Assembly: GCF_006345805.1 (NCBI RefSeq)
Contig: NC_042999.1
Span: forward strand, 59,210,001-59,274,000
Source: Octopus sinensis
Taxonomy: Eukaryota
Reading direction: 5' to 3'
Length of the DNA stretch: 64,000 bases
Shown here: piece after piece, positions 13,257 through 27,090 of the stretch
How the letters are laid out: the number at the start of each line of letters is the position of its first letter
Position numbering within the stretch: position 1 is the stretch's first letter
The notes under the pieces: generated by a model
The model's database searches: none
What the model saw: the letters and a program-made list of their open reading frames with translations, nothing else
What the model was told of the DNA's origin: nothing
Made by a program: the position numbers and the translations under genes

Positions 13257-13450
13257 AGTTCAGCAAAATTTAGATTCAAATGAATATGGTACTTAAGGTA
13301 AAGGCACCAGGATTTTGTATGATATTATCCATATAAATCAAATGGGGTGATTATAATAAAAGTAAGCAACAAGTATATCCAAGGTAGAATAGCATGAAAC
13401 AATTGTACTACTACTCTACCTTGGATATACTTGTTGCTTATTTTGATTAT
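13257..13450. mobile_element. Fold-back fragment of a hammerhead-bearing element in (TA)n (same family as 53912-55000)
   Basis: Inverted arms 13353-13392 / 13411-13450; the loop contains the hammerhead 3' half GAAA-CAATTG-TA-CTA; shares TGAATATGGTAC, GGGGTGATTATA and AAGCAACAAG with 53940-54050. Confidence 0.7.
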
Positions 13451-13871
13451 ATATATATATATTTCTCACCCCACCTGACGTCGCACGATTACGCATTCTC
13501 CCCCAACGGAGTGAACTGGAGCGACGTCAAATGGTGTGTTCTACTCAAGAATACAATGCATCGCTGGTGCAAGAATTGAAACCACACTCTTACGATCACG
13601 AACGCAACACACTAAGCACTAACCCATGCGCCTCAATGAATGTCTAGGTATTTAGTCGTTAATTCGGAAACAGGTGATTCAGTTGATCGAACAACCGAAA
13701 CCTGATTATTGAACAATTATGTTATTACTTACTAGATGTATTCAAACTAATAATCTCATCTGGATTGTTAAATTCACAACCTTGTGAGCATAATAACAAA
13801 TTTGAGGACAGGATTCTATTTCAGTTTCTATAATAATGCTTTCGTTATTTTATATTCTATATAGATAATAA

Positions 13872-13934
<63 letters not shown>
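13872..13934. repeat. (AAT)n microsatellite
   Basis: Directly visible. Confidence 0.95.
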
Positions 13935-13936
<2 letters not shown>

Positions 13937-14222
13937 GAGGTAACCAGAATGTGGAATCTAAAAACAGAAACAATTCCTATCATAGTAGGTGCATTAGGTA
14001 TGATAAAAAATATTCAGACAAATACATAACAAAAACACCAGGACTTACAAACACATATAACATACAGAAAATTGCACTACTAGGCACTGCACATATCCTA
14101 CGCAGAACACTTTCCATACAATAACCATCAGAGCATCACAACAAATCACAGCACATACCCAAGGCACACAGAGCTGCGCTCGGTAGTGAAGTGAAAGCAC
14201 GCTATAAAAAATAAAACTACTG
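13935..14222 (+). mobile_element. 3' end of R4/Dong-like non-LTR retrotransposon (restriction-like endonuclease C-terminus plus 3' UTR)
   Basis: Translates (one frameshift) as EVTRMWNLKTETIPIIVGALGMIK...IQKIALLGTAHILRRTLSIQ*; flanked by (AAT)n on both sides. Confidence 0.8.
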
Positions 14223-14242
14223 AATAATAATAATAATAATAA

Positions 14243-14351
14243 GTGGAATATAAATTAAGTGTGGAGTATTAATTAAGATGTGGAGTATAAATTAAGAGTA
14301 GAGTATAAATTGAGAGTGGAGTATAAATTAAGAGTGGAGTATAAATTAAGA
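14243..14351 (+). repeat. Six tandem copies of an 18-bp unit GTGGAGTATAAATTAAGA
   Basis: Directly visible; encodes the VEYKLR repeats at the start of ORF 14280-14831. Confidence 0.9.
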
Positions 14352-15000
14352 CATGACAGAGTTGGCCAATATCTACACTGGCTAATAAGTCGGCATTACA
14401 ATATCAAAACTGCCGACAAGTGGTATAATCACCACCCTGAAGCTGTAACTGAAGGAGAAAATGTAACGATTCTGTGGGACTTTCCAGTACATACAGACCG
14501 AACCATCAAAGCCAATAAACCGGATATTGTTGTGAAAGATCAAAACAATAACGTTTGCTTATTGATCGACATGAGCATCCCCTGTGATCATAATATCTCG
14601 GCGAAAGAGTTTGACAAGCTCAGAAAATATAAAGACCTGCTCATTGAAATTGAGAAAATGTGGCATCTCAAGGCGGTTACAATACCAGTGATCGTAGGAG
14701 CACTAGGAATGTTCAAGAAGGGAACCGAAAATTATATGAGAATGATCCCTGGCTTACCATCCCTGCAAGAAGTGCAAAAGATTGTCTTAACTGGCACATC
14801 ACACGTATTGAGAAGAGCATTGTCGATGTGAGAACTGTTACTACCCATGTATTTTAATTTAACTTTAAAAAAAAATGAACGAACTAGTGAGTTTAGTTTA
14901 ATGACCTACCAATGTATACTATAAGTTTCTGTGCCCTAGGAGTCGGGAAGACACTCGGCAAGAAATGGAAGCAAATTTGAAAGAAGAAAAAAAAGGATAA
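14334..15000 (+). mobile_element. 5'-truncated R4/Dong-like non-LTR retrotransposon with intact restriction-like endonuclease ORF fragment (to 14831)
   Basis: RHD...LHW, ILWDFPVHTDRTIKANKPDIVVKD, IDMSIP, KYKDL and PVIVGALG are the PD-(D/E)xK endonuclease signature of R2/R4-group elements; ends in (TAA)n at about 15000. Confidence 0.85.
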
Positions 15001-15012
15001 TAATAATAATAA

Positions 15013-15105
15013 TATAGCATATGGAAGTAGTCTAGGGACAGTAGAAATCAGAAGAGGCATCTTCCAAGGAGACTGCCTGTCCCCACTGATCTTTGTACTG
15101 TGCAT
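15013..15105 (+). mobile_element. Reverse transcriptase fragment of an R4/Dong-like element
   Basis: Translates LGTVEIRRGIFQGDCLSPLIFVLCM (RT QGDxLSP motif). Confidence 0.8.
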
Positions 15106-17096
15106 GAAAAATACATGTTTCTGCCCAACATTTTTAAACGTGTATGTTTTTGAATATCTCTTTCTGCTTAACATTTCTGAAAGTGTTTCTCACCATAGAA
15201 TCAGATTCTGGCTTGTACAATCCCTAGGTCCATTTTCTAGCCATTATTTTTGGAAACGTATGTTTCATAATATCTGTTTGTGTCGAACCCTTTTAAAAGT
15301 GTATCTTTTCTTAGAACCAGATTCAGCCTAACATTTTTGAAACTATCTCTTACCTAATACCCGTTTCTGCCTAATATTTTTGGATGTTTATCTTTCCTAA
15401 TACCATTTTCCTCCCATTCATCATTTATTTATAATAAGCAAGTCAATATTCTGTATTTTAAGGATGATAATATTTCATGTTTCCTTTCTTGATGAATCAT
15501 TTTCTTCTTATTTTTGTCACTTATGTAATCTTATTTATCTTTTCTACTCAAGTAGTTAGTGTCATCTCAGCTGTTTGTTTCGCAACCATAGGCGCCATTT
15601 ATCTATCTTAGTTTTTGTGTTTCATATATCGCAATATATTGTTCATTTAATCTCGGAATTTCTATTGCTGAAATTATAAGAACTCATAAGAAAAAATGTT
15701 TTACGCACATTTATTATTTGGTTTTGGTATGCTGCAGTGCCGAAGGACTTTTTATTCGTTTCATATAATCCATGTTTATTTAACTTATAATCTAAAAATC
15801 CTATTACATATTATTCTGGCGCTACTTCAGAGTGACTTTGACATCGACAATTGGTTGAATCAAATTGCTAAAGATGAGTTCCGATTGATCCAGTAAAGTA
15901 GATTATTATTTTTCATTTTCATCGTACTTTTTGTTGTTGTTGTCTTCGAGATCTATAATGAAGAATAGACACAAGTACGATAAAGAACATTCCGATTTAA
16001 CCCTCTTATCATTCTTCATGCATACAGTATGCGCAAATCTATTATCCAATATATCATTCCGCCTTTTACGTCGGTAGCAAGTGATTTAATGATGGTGTAA
16101 TTGCTATTTCTAGCAGAATGAATTACCGGTAATGCCCGTTTTCTATTTGTGCAGCCTCAAAGGCAGTTGTAATCGGGCTGTCCAATGGTACGGCGGTACT
16201 TGTTGTGTAACCCTCGGGTCAGCTCTTTCTCATGGCAAGTTGGTAGTTGGTTGAACGACCAGTCGCGAAATACAGATTTGCTTCCTTTTTCCCGCTATAT
16301 TATTATTTCACCGAGCCAAGAACAATACTGCACATTCCGATATACAATTTCAGATTACACATGGGCTTGTGGTTGGACTCTTTGGAAAAACTCCTTTTTC
16401 TCTCTCCTCCTCCTCCCTCTACTGTGCAACATGATTCAAGTTGATTGTAGTTTCAACTGGTATCAACATCATAAGCTATTCTTATGCACATTATTGTGCT
16501 TGAAACCTCCAGAGTATTATTTGGTGCTAATAATGCAGATTAAGCATAAACGCATTAAAACCTTACATATATTAAACAGAAATATTAAACAGTTTTGATC
16601 AGCTGATGTTATTGTAGTTCGGAGCTATTCAAGTTGTTATATTCTGTGTGTATGTGGTTTATTTTTATGCATTTCACAGGTAAATGATAGATGCTGTTTT
16701 TAGGATGCTGTTTTCTTAGTTTTCTGAAGGTGTTTTATATGAGTGAGCTTGAAAATGACAATTAATGATGTGAGGGGGACTGTCATGATTTAAGTTTGTA
16801 GCAACACATTGTATCCCTTGCATACACAGGCAATATAGGATTTTTTAGTTATTTTTTTTTCGCTGTGTATTGGTGTCCAGTGGCAGTAGTGTGTCATGGA
16901 TTCAGATGCTCAGTAGTGCCTTATTTTGTATTCTATATAGACCGTTGTAAATTGATGTGAAAAAACTGAGGGATTCAGAAGAAATGGCATAATCTATGTT
17001 ATGTCTAGTGTACTTTTATTTTTTTCTGTTGGCATCTATATTTTACCATAATTATGTCCCGCTTCGTTTTGCATTCTACATTGTAACAAATATGTA

Positions 17097-18327
17097 CGAA
17101 GTGGTATCAAAAGCTTCCAGGAATAGTTCTGTAGTGTGCTGTCAAATGGCAGTACACGGTTGAGTGCGCAGTGAGAGCTAGCAGTAACCTTCATGAGGCG
17201 GTGTGCCGAGTGGCATGGCTGCGTTTACTTCGTGAGCTGTGAAATTTGTGTTTCTGTGATAACGTGTATGCTGTACTCTGCGATTTTGTTATGGACCGGA
17301 AGCTGGAACAAAGAACCAGCGTCGTTAACTTTGGGACCACTGGTACAGAGGCGTTGAGCATGCTTCACCAAGCTTGCGGGTACGAGGCAATGAGTTGTAC
17401 ACAATGTTTCGAGTGCTAGGGGCGCTTCATAAGCGGAAGAACATCTCTGGAAGATGACGAACGACCTGAAAAGCCTGCCATGAGCATCAACCCCGGATAT
17501 GTGGAGAAAAAATCATCAGGTTGTGTATCAGGATCATTGGAGGACAATCAACGACATTGCTAACGTCTGAATTGAGCATGTGGCGTGTCTCTGCCAAGTT
17601 TGTCCCCTGTCTGCTGACCACTGAGTAGAAAGGACACTGCGTTGAAATCTGTCAAGATCTCTGTCAACATGTCGAGGATCATCACCGGTGACGAGACTTG
17701 GGTCGACGGGTGCGACCTTGAGAAAAAACAGCGATCGTCACAATGGAAGTGGCCTTCCTCTCCACGACCGAAGAAGCCACGACAGAGCCGCAGATCAATC
17801 AAGAGCATGCTCATCGTTCCTTTCAATATCTGCGGAATTGTGCATCGAGAATTCAGACCATCAATTGAGAGTTTTGCTGCAAAGTTTTGAAGCGTTTGAG
17901 GAAGAACATTTGGCGAAGAATTTTGTTCTTTGGCGAAGAATTGGATTCTTCACGTCGACAATACACTCTCTCACCAAGCTCTCCTCCCTCGTGTTTTTCT
18001 CACCAAAAGCAACATGGTATCCCCTCTGCACCTACCCTATTCGTTAGATTCAGCGCTTGCAGACTTCTATCTTTGTCCCAAAATCAAAAATGCAACTCAA
18101 ACGTCGTCGCCTTAACATCGGTGTCGCGATTCAGAGCGATTCGCAGAAGGTCCTCGACTTGCTTACGGAATACAACTTCCAGGCCGGATTCCAAAAGGAT
18201 CAGGAACTCTGGGACCGGTGTATTGCTGCTCAAAGTAACCGTTTCGAAGGACGTGATATTAAGACTTAGGTAAATGAGGTATTTTTTTTAAGCATAACTA
18301 GTCCGAGAACATAGCAATATCACATCG
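17097..18327 (+). mobile_element. Full-length but decayed mariner (DD34D) transposon
   Basis: TA|CGAAGTGGTATCAAAA left terminus with a degenerate right TIR; transposase motifs IITGDETWV, SPRPKK, MLIV.F...GIVHREF, WILHVDN and HLPYSLDSALADFYLCPK across frameshifted ORFs 17642-18269. Confidence 0.9.
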
Positions 18328-19238
18328 GATATTGTCAATGCTCTGGTGTCGTTGCATGTAACTCTAGCAATTTATGGTTGCATAGTAGCATATTAATGTT
18401 GCTGTGTTGGATTGTTGGTTGCATTTAATGTTCTCTGGTGTTTCTTGTAAGAAGTGAGTCCAGTGAGTCAATCGATTTGGAGGATCGATCTTAGTCGTCT
18501 TAACATTGTGTGCGTAGAACTATAATTCAATGTATTGTTCCATTATTACGGTGGCAAGATCCGGGCTGATAGATAATTCCTTTAAATTGAAGTAGTTGTA
18601 GAGTTGTGAATTTGTCGGTGACATAAATTGAGAGAATATGTGTGATATCATCAGTGTGTGAGTTTCTTTATTTGTACTGATGTTTTGAGAATGTACAGGA
18701 AGTTTTAGTGGGTACACCTAGAGAAATGTTGGTGAGAAGATAGAACCTTGAGGTAATTTGTTCGGGGAATTGTAAATCCTGGAATTATTGTTTTTGTATA
18801 ATACATAGAATTAATGATCTGGATGGTTTTATTCCATTCTGTATTTTATATGATTCATATTGAGGTTTTGGGTATTTTGTGTAGAAGACGATAGTCGGTG
18901 GAAGTATCAACACGGGACACGTTTTTGCTATTTTGTTTATGAAGCCCCTGTGTAACCCCTCAGTTAAGTTGGTGAAAATCATGATGGCTCAGCGTTTTAT
19001 TTAGAGAGGGACTGCATAAGTTGATTAAGTCAAGGATTAGATTTTCATGATAGATCATATTAAGCAACTTGGGGTTTTGTTGGGTTTTAGAATTCTGACG
19101 ATATTGTGAATTAGACGGTTTTGCTATAAATAGCGGTGATTGAAGTGTTTTCCCCAAGTCTTGGTTATTTATCTATGTGTAACTTCGCTTGAGTATGAGG
19201 CCGTTGTGTTTTTAGATTTCAGTAGCCTTGGTCTATAC

Positions 19239-19473
19239 CAGTGTTTCTCAGCCAGTTTTTAATTATAACCCTTTTGATTCCTATTTTACTCGGAGACACC
19301 CTAATAACCATTCGATATTCCAAACATCCTTCTATATTATTAAAATTAAATATTAGCAATGGTATCTGAAAATTAAAATATTCTGTTATCTTATAGGAAA
19401 CCAGTTTTTTGTACATAAATCTTAAGAGCAAAATCTTCCGTAGACCCCAAGGGTCCCCGATTGATAACCACTG
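19239..19473. mobile_element. hAT (Charlie/MER5-like) MITE
   Basis: TIRs CAGTGTTTCTCA / TGATAACCACTG; 8-bp flanks GTCTATAC and ATCTAGAT resemble the NTCTAGAN target-site consensus. Confidence 0.7.
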
Positions 19474-20202
19474 ATCTAGATAGGCAAGTAATTCTAGAGC
19501 GTACATAGTATATTGGTGACTGATTTTCGAAAATATCAAAGAGATTTTGGTTAGTGTTTGAAAACAGTTATGATATTTGAATTCTTTATTTAGTGACAAG
19601 TAATGGAATGACTCCTACTGTTATTGATGTTGCTAATTACTTCATATATTGGTTTCTTGTTTGTTTTGTGATGTATATTAAATATAAATATTTGCCAATT
19701 TTCTGTGTGTTTATTGTTTACTTTGTTATTATTTTCTTGTTATGTTGTTTGATGGTGAGTTTTATTCCTGCCGGAATGTTCGTGTACTGGGTTTGAGATT
19801 ATCGCTGATTTTTACCAGGATGCCTCTTTCTGATGTGTAATTGAGACCGTAATTTATTTTATATTGCCTCGTGGGATACAGTTTATAGATGCATCTATAA
19901 TAATTTTGTTGCATGTGTGTCCTACAGTGTCATAAGCGCTGAGGGTTGAATTTCCTGAAGTACAAAATATTTGATTCTCTCTTTAGTGGAACTGCTTCTG
20001 CTGGGATGTTTTGTAGTTTTCAAAAGCGATTTTACTTTGTTCATTCATGTGCGAGTGTTTTGTAATGATAAAAGTTAGGTTAGAGAGGAGAAATGGCGGA
20101 GAAGAGGGATGTTTGTAAAATTATTGTGGTATTTGGATGTATGTGGCAGAAGGTACTTGGGGGAGATGTATTGTTGTATTGTTGTTGACATTATGAAGTG
20201 TG

Positions 20203-20784
<582 letters not shown>

Positions 20785-20785
<1 letters not shown>

Positions 20786-21574
20786 TAGCAGCATAGCCCG
20801 GCGTTGCCCGGGTATGTAAGAGCCCCTAGTAGGCAACGACTAATCCCAATCTAGTCCTTTCCCTCTAGGGAAAGAAGGCGCATGTGTAGGTTGCAATGTC
20901 TTCTCTTCACTCCCAAATAACTATCAAACAGCTATCGATAATTCAACCCAACCAATTCCTACCAGGAAGAAATTACATTCGAGACTTTACCTCCAACACC
21001 GCCACTTCTGCTAATAGCTGCTGCAGCCGCAAGTTATTCGAATACTTTTTTTGTTTACACTTTCTTTATAACTACCACCTCAAACGTTTTACCTTAAATT
21101 TTTGACCCTAAGGGTCCTCGGACGCTACTTGTAAACTCTTGGTTTATTATAAACAGCTTTTGTCGTGTGCACCAAAAAAACCTTTTCCATTCGTTTGTTC
21201 AGTTTGGCCACTTTTGACTTTTTCGTTGTTGTCACTCACATTGCTGCCCGCTTTTTTGCCGTTTTTGTACACTTTTATACATTTCGGGATACTTACCACA
21301 CATGTTCCGAGAGGTAAAAAGGTCGAGTTGCGTCCCCTAGACAGTCTGTAGAAAATGTGTTGCATGTAAAAAGCTTAGATTCTCGACCTATGTCGAATTT
21401 ATTGAATTTTTTTCAGAACTGGGGGAACCTTTCAAAATTTTCGATGCGTTAGTTTTGAATTATGACATTGGGCTATGTGTGTGTCAAGTTTCATCAGAAT
21501 CGGTTGAAAGCCGTGGTCAGGGTGAGGGTACAACCTGACAGACACACAGACACACAGACAGACAAACTGCCGTT

Positions 21575-21602
<28 letters not shown>
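20785..21602 (-). mobile_element. Non-autonomous Helitron-like element
   Basis: CTAG terminus at 20785-20788 next to a GC-rich hairpin (CCCGGCGTTGCCCGGG); the other end has AAGTTTCATCAGAATCGG, (CAGA)n and TATATAGA, i.e. a 5'-TC start on the minus strand. Confidence 0.7.
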
Positions 21603-21638
<36 letters not shown>

Positions 21639-21647
21639 TATCTCGAA

Positions 21648-21877
21648 GGCGGCGAGCTGGCAGAAACGTTTGCACGCCGGGCGAAATGCGTAGCCGTATT
21701 TCGTCTGCCGTTACGTTCTGAGTTCAAATTCCGTCGAGGTCGACTTTGCCTTTCATCCTTTCGGGGTCGATAAATTAAGTACCAGTTACGCACTGGGGTC
21801 GATGTAATGGACTTAATTCGTTTGTCTGTCCTTGTTTGTCCCCTCTGTGCTTAGCCCCTTGTGGGTAGTAAAGAAAA
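21648..21877 (+). mobile_element. tRNA-derived SINE, family B, well-preserved copy
   Basis: GGCGGCGAGCTGGCAGAAACG head, GAGTTCAAATTCC B box, GTCGACTTTGCCTTTCATCCTTTCGGGGTCGATAAATTAAGTACCAG central domain, CCCCTTGTGGGTAGTAAAGAAA tail. Confidence 0.9.
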
Positions 21878-21894
21878 AAAAAATATATATATAT

Positions 21895-22300
21895 GTGGCT
21901 GTGTGGTAAGTAGCTTGCTAACCAACCACATGGTTCCGGGTTCAGTCCCACTGTGTGGCACCTTGGGCAAGTGTCTTCTGCTATAGCCCCAGGCCGACCA
22001 ATACCTTGTGAGTGGATTTGGTAGATGGAAACTGAAAGAAGCTTGTCGTATATATATATATATATATGTGTGTGTGTATGTTTGTGTGTCTGTGTTTGTC
22101 CCCCTAGCATTGCTTGACAACCGACGCTGGTGTGTTTACGTCCCCGTCACTTAGCGGTTCGGCAAAAAGAGAACGATAGAATAAGTACTAGGCTTACAAA
22201 GAATAAGTCCCGGGGTCGATTTGTTCGACTAAAGGCGGTGCTCCAGCATGGCCGCAGTCAAATGACTGAAACTAGTAAAAGTAAAGTAAGTAAAGTAAGT
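21895..22300 (+). mobile_element. SINE family A
   Basis: Near full-length match to 3684-4083; (GTAA)n tail. Confidence 0.9.
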
Positions 22301-24565
22301 ATATGCACATGTATCGATATACACTCATAAACACGCATGTATGTGCGCATAGTTAATATATGCATTGTATTAATACATTCCCGATTGCCGCCTCTCATTT
22401 TGATTAACCAGATCATTTTTTAGAATTTAATTAACGGTACCTGATTACGTGTATGCTGTGTGGTTCTCTGCCTTTTGATAAACACAATGTAACCGTCTTA
22501 AAATGAAATTTGGTATTTAAGTATATTTATATTTTAAAACAATTTGTTTCGTGCTAATTAGGTTGACTTTTATGCGAGACTTATTCAGGTTGTTTTGCTG
22601 TATTTTATCCAGACAACTGCATATTATAACGTAATTTCCTGCTTTGATGTTTTCCTCATTATCGCCATAATATCGTGTACTGGTCATTTTGTAAATAAAG
22701 TTTCAAATAATGTTTTTGTGCCAATACATTGTTTCAGTCGTCTCTTGTTTACGTTCACACTTAGGACAAATATTTCTCTGCGACTAATTCAGTTTATTCA
22801 ACCGTCAATTAAAATCGTAACTTCTTTTTCCGTAACGTAATCTTTTGGGTTGAGTTACAAGTATAGCCATCTGTTATTAAGACGTTAGGGTATAATCTAG
22901 AGGAGAATTGGCTGCAATTGTGATTGGCCGAGCAACCGTTTGAACTTCATGTTTCTCATATTCTGACAATGTCGGAGATGAAGGCGAGCACTGTCCCTAT
23001 CCTTCTCAATGTTTCTAAAGAAAAAGTAACAAGTTCAATGAATAAGTTTCCATTTCTCTATTAAATTAAATTCCCATTTGCTTCTTGTATATTTTCCTCG
23101 ACTCTTATTAACATCTCTAACCATTAATTCCTTTCTCTCTGTGTTCGCTACTTCCCGCTGCTACTTCATAAGTGACTCAAAAGTTCATATCCCCAGAGGC
23201 GCTGCTGAATTAATTTCGTTGCAACGATGGCAGTATGGTGTTTGAACATCCAATAAATAAATTTTCAAATGTGTTCAAACGAGACAAGGCAATAAGATTC
23301 AATTTTACTTATTTGCTTGGATTCTACATTGCTGAATCCTCACAATTTGCTAGAATGTAAAGAATGAAAACACCGTGGACTTGCTTCTGAATCTATCGAG
23401 ACAAGGATATCCACTAAACATAATTGTTTCAACACCTTAAATCTTGCTTTATTTATTTTCTTCTGTACCATCTCCTGATTTTCAATCATATTAATTTCTT
23501 CAACTCCTAATATCCCAGTAGGAAGTGACATGACTATAACGAAGATCAATTATCACACCTCAGCATCTTTGATTTATAAAGTGTTACGATGGTTTCCCAA
23601 GAATAATGCATACGTAGCAAAAATTAATGAATGACGTTCACCAACCAAATATCAGTAGCGGCTATAGGAGAGAATCTTAGCAAATTTATTTTGCTGCGTT
23701 CAACATTACACATGGAAAATGTGTCTTCTAATATAAAAACAGAAATTTCCCATTTTGCTTTTCACTTAGACAAAGAATTGCAAACCTTACGAATGTGTTC
23801 AAGGAGGTGGTGGAGCGAGAATTCTATCCTCAGAGTAGAGTCCTTGCATGAATGCTACCATAGTAGACTCCACAAAAGACACCCATAAACGAGATGATAC
23901 TATTAAATTTACAGATTACATTTACCGCCAAAGAGTGGTAATGGTTGCTCCAAATAGTTTCCACGTTTCCTGTCTGCTAAGTGCCATTCACAAGGCTCTC
24001 AGCTGAGACAATAGCTCGGAGAGGGGCAATACATCGTGTTCTTGATGGAAACACTTAATTTTCTTTTCCTCCGTTACTTTCAGATGTTAACGAGTTCTAG
24101 TACTAGCTGGGAGGCTAAACCTACGACACACCGGCGCCTCGTCCAGGAAAGTGTGTTGCGACCTCACTCACTTATACGGCATGAAACCTGAGTTTAGCTC
24201 CGTCGTAATGAATCCTTGGTTACATGATAGGCATACACATAGTTGAACTGGGGTTGTATGGAGTAACATTTTCTGTACAGAAACAGCTCTTCACGAATAA
24301 AATGCATAGCCACCATAAAAATCTTTCCAGAAACTCTTTCTAGAAAGAATTTATGTATTTACACACACACACATACAAATACGTTCTGTGTACATATAAC
24401 TGATTTTCTCAGTAACCCTTGCTTGTACGCCACCCCCTTGTCTATCTATCTATCTATTTATCTATATGTGTCTATATGTATATATATATATATACATATA
24501 CAGATGCATTTATATATACACATATATATGTATATATATATAGATTATATATATAAATATATATG

Positions 24566-24610
<45 letters not shown>

Positions 24611-25504
24611 ATATATATGTATTAAGTTATTTCACATGCAATGTCGCATTTTAACTACTTATAATTTAATAATTTAAAACGCAGTTATGTGTGAAGATTA
24701 CGTGAAGATTACGGCTGTTTCGCAAATTCCATGGTGTAATAATTTCAGTGTTGAAGAAATTATGTCTGCATGTTTACATTAATTTGCATGCTCAGCATTA
24801 TACAATTGTATTATAAAATACCGAACATGTATATTAATGTAAACATGTAAACACAGGTTCTTCTACACTGAAATTGTTAACATATGTTGAATTTCCATCT
24901 TTTCTGATCTCCTGGATTTCAGCTGCGTTCGATTACTTTGTGGTATGGTTACCGAGTCCGTTAGAGGAGCTTTCTTTTAGCCAAGTAATTCTCTGAATTC
25001 AAATTATATGACAAATTTATATAGATACACACAGGCGCGCACGCGCACACATATTTCTATATATATACATGTAAGTGAGTGTATGTGTGTGCGCAAATAT
25101 ATTCTTTTATTACATGCAGTCCGAGTGTTGAGAACATGGCGGAGCATTTCCTATGGAAATTGTACGGATTCAGCAGTATATATATCCTTTTGTGAACGAG
25201 AATGTCCCAACCTGTGAAACTGATCCGTCTTGGATTGATCCCAGCATAATACGCTGGCTACTTGAATGCATTTATACAAACTCCATCTATGTATCGGTAT
25301 CTCTTTCAACTTCCTTCTCAAGATATTCAAAAACTATGAAGCTTTGAAAGCTTTTACAGCAGTATGCCATGATTTTCAATAGAATCTGTAGGATCTTTAG
25401 AACTGTGCTGCCGGAATAAGTTCGGGCATAAGCACTACCATCATTACTGATCTTCGGGGGGAATCCTGCAAGTATCTCCTCTAAGATACCTGTAATATAT
25501 AATA

Positions 25505-25862
25505 TCACACACACCACACACACACACACATATATATATATGTATGTACGCATATCCATATCGACAAAATTCTATATATGTATCTGTATATCTGTTTGTC
25601 TTTCTGTCTGTCTGTCTCTCTATCTATCTACGTGTATATATATATATATATACATTTATATATATATATATATATACATTTATATATATAAACAAATATA
25701 CATATATTTATTTATACTTATATATATATATATACATTTATATATATATGTATTTACATTTATATATATAAACAAATATACATATATTTATTTATACTTA
25801 TATATATATATACATTTATATATATAATATATATAAACATATATACATATATAAATATAAAC

Positions 25863-25918
<56 letters not shown>

Positions 25919-27019
25919 ATATATACATATATATATATATACACACACATACACACATACACACACATATATATGTATATATATATATATATATATACTG
26001 ATACATACCTGCATACATACAATAATTACAGTACATGTATACGTATTAAATTCAATCTGAGTGCAAATTACTCAATACATTAAGTATACATACACAACGT
26101 GAAGGCTGGAGCGCACACAGGCATAACCGCTCATATATACACACACACACACACACAAATACTCACACATATACATACGTACACACACGTGTACACTCAC
26201 CGATACATATACACATCTATTGACATCGCCCTTTTCATTGTTATTGAAGCTTTGGAACGGTTACCGACACAAAACTTCAAAGGGTTGCTTCAAAAAAAAA
26301 AAAAGCAGCGGCCTGTGAAGTGGTTAACATCTACACACAAGCAAGAGAAACAAATAGAAACATCTAGAACAAGCACAAGTGCAAAATACACAAAATACAA
26401 AACTACTAAACAACAACAACGACACAAACAACTACAACAATAACAGCAACATGAACGACGGTAGCAAGTGCAACAACAAACATAAGTAGTGTTAAAAATA
26501 ACAGAAACATCAAATTGTAAGTTAATTTCGTGTGCTGTTTGATAAGTCCTGATCAGCGAAGACTACGAAATATACTAATGGAATCAGCGAACGATTTATT
26601 TGAAGTTACCTCTCTTGGGACGCACTAAAATCGTAATGTTAAAGGAATAAAGATAAGACGGTGTTTTAATGAAATCAGTAAATTAATAATATAACGATAA
26701 TCATAAAACTAATAGTAATAATATTAATAATAACGACGAAGATAATTTACTTTATTGCTACAAGGGAGGGCAATATTACACGAAATTACAAAAGCGGCGA
26801 CCGGTTTCACTTCTGGCATCATGGGATAGGTGAAGAGAGTACACGCGCTTGCTTGCGTTCATACACAAGCACTAACGCTCACTCATGCATGCATGTATGT
26901 GTGTAGTACACATACGTCTCTAATCATACATACGTACAAATCCACTCACGAAACACACAAAACACACTCATACACACATACATACACACACACAGACATA
27001 CAAATAGCTGTATGAATAT

Positions 27020-27090
<71 letters not shown>

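Larger units (their letters stand above)
16400..20050 (-). mobile_element. Highly decayed Penelope-like retroelement, interrupted by a mariner and a hAT MITE
   Basis: ORF 18520-18717(-) YNYFN...ISPDLATVIMEQYIE resembles the PLE RT segment NYF...SPxLAxxxME; long C/A-rich coding-like strand bias; boundaries approximate. Confidence 0.35.

Noticed and set aside
14243-14351. CRISPR-like array
   Set aside because: Contiguous tandem units with no spacers, in a eukaryotic context.
24060-24240. Possible exon after a polypyrimidine tract and CAG at about 24083
   Set aside because: All three frames stop within about 35 codons, there is no recognisable domain and no partner exons; it cannot be supported without RNA-seq.
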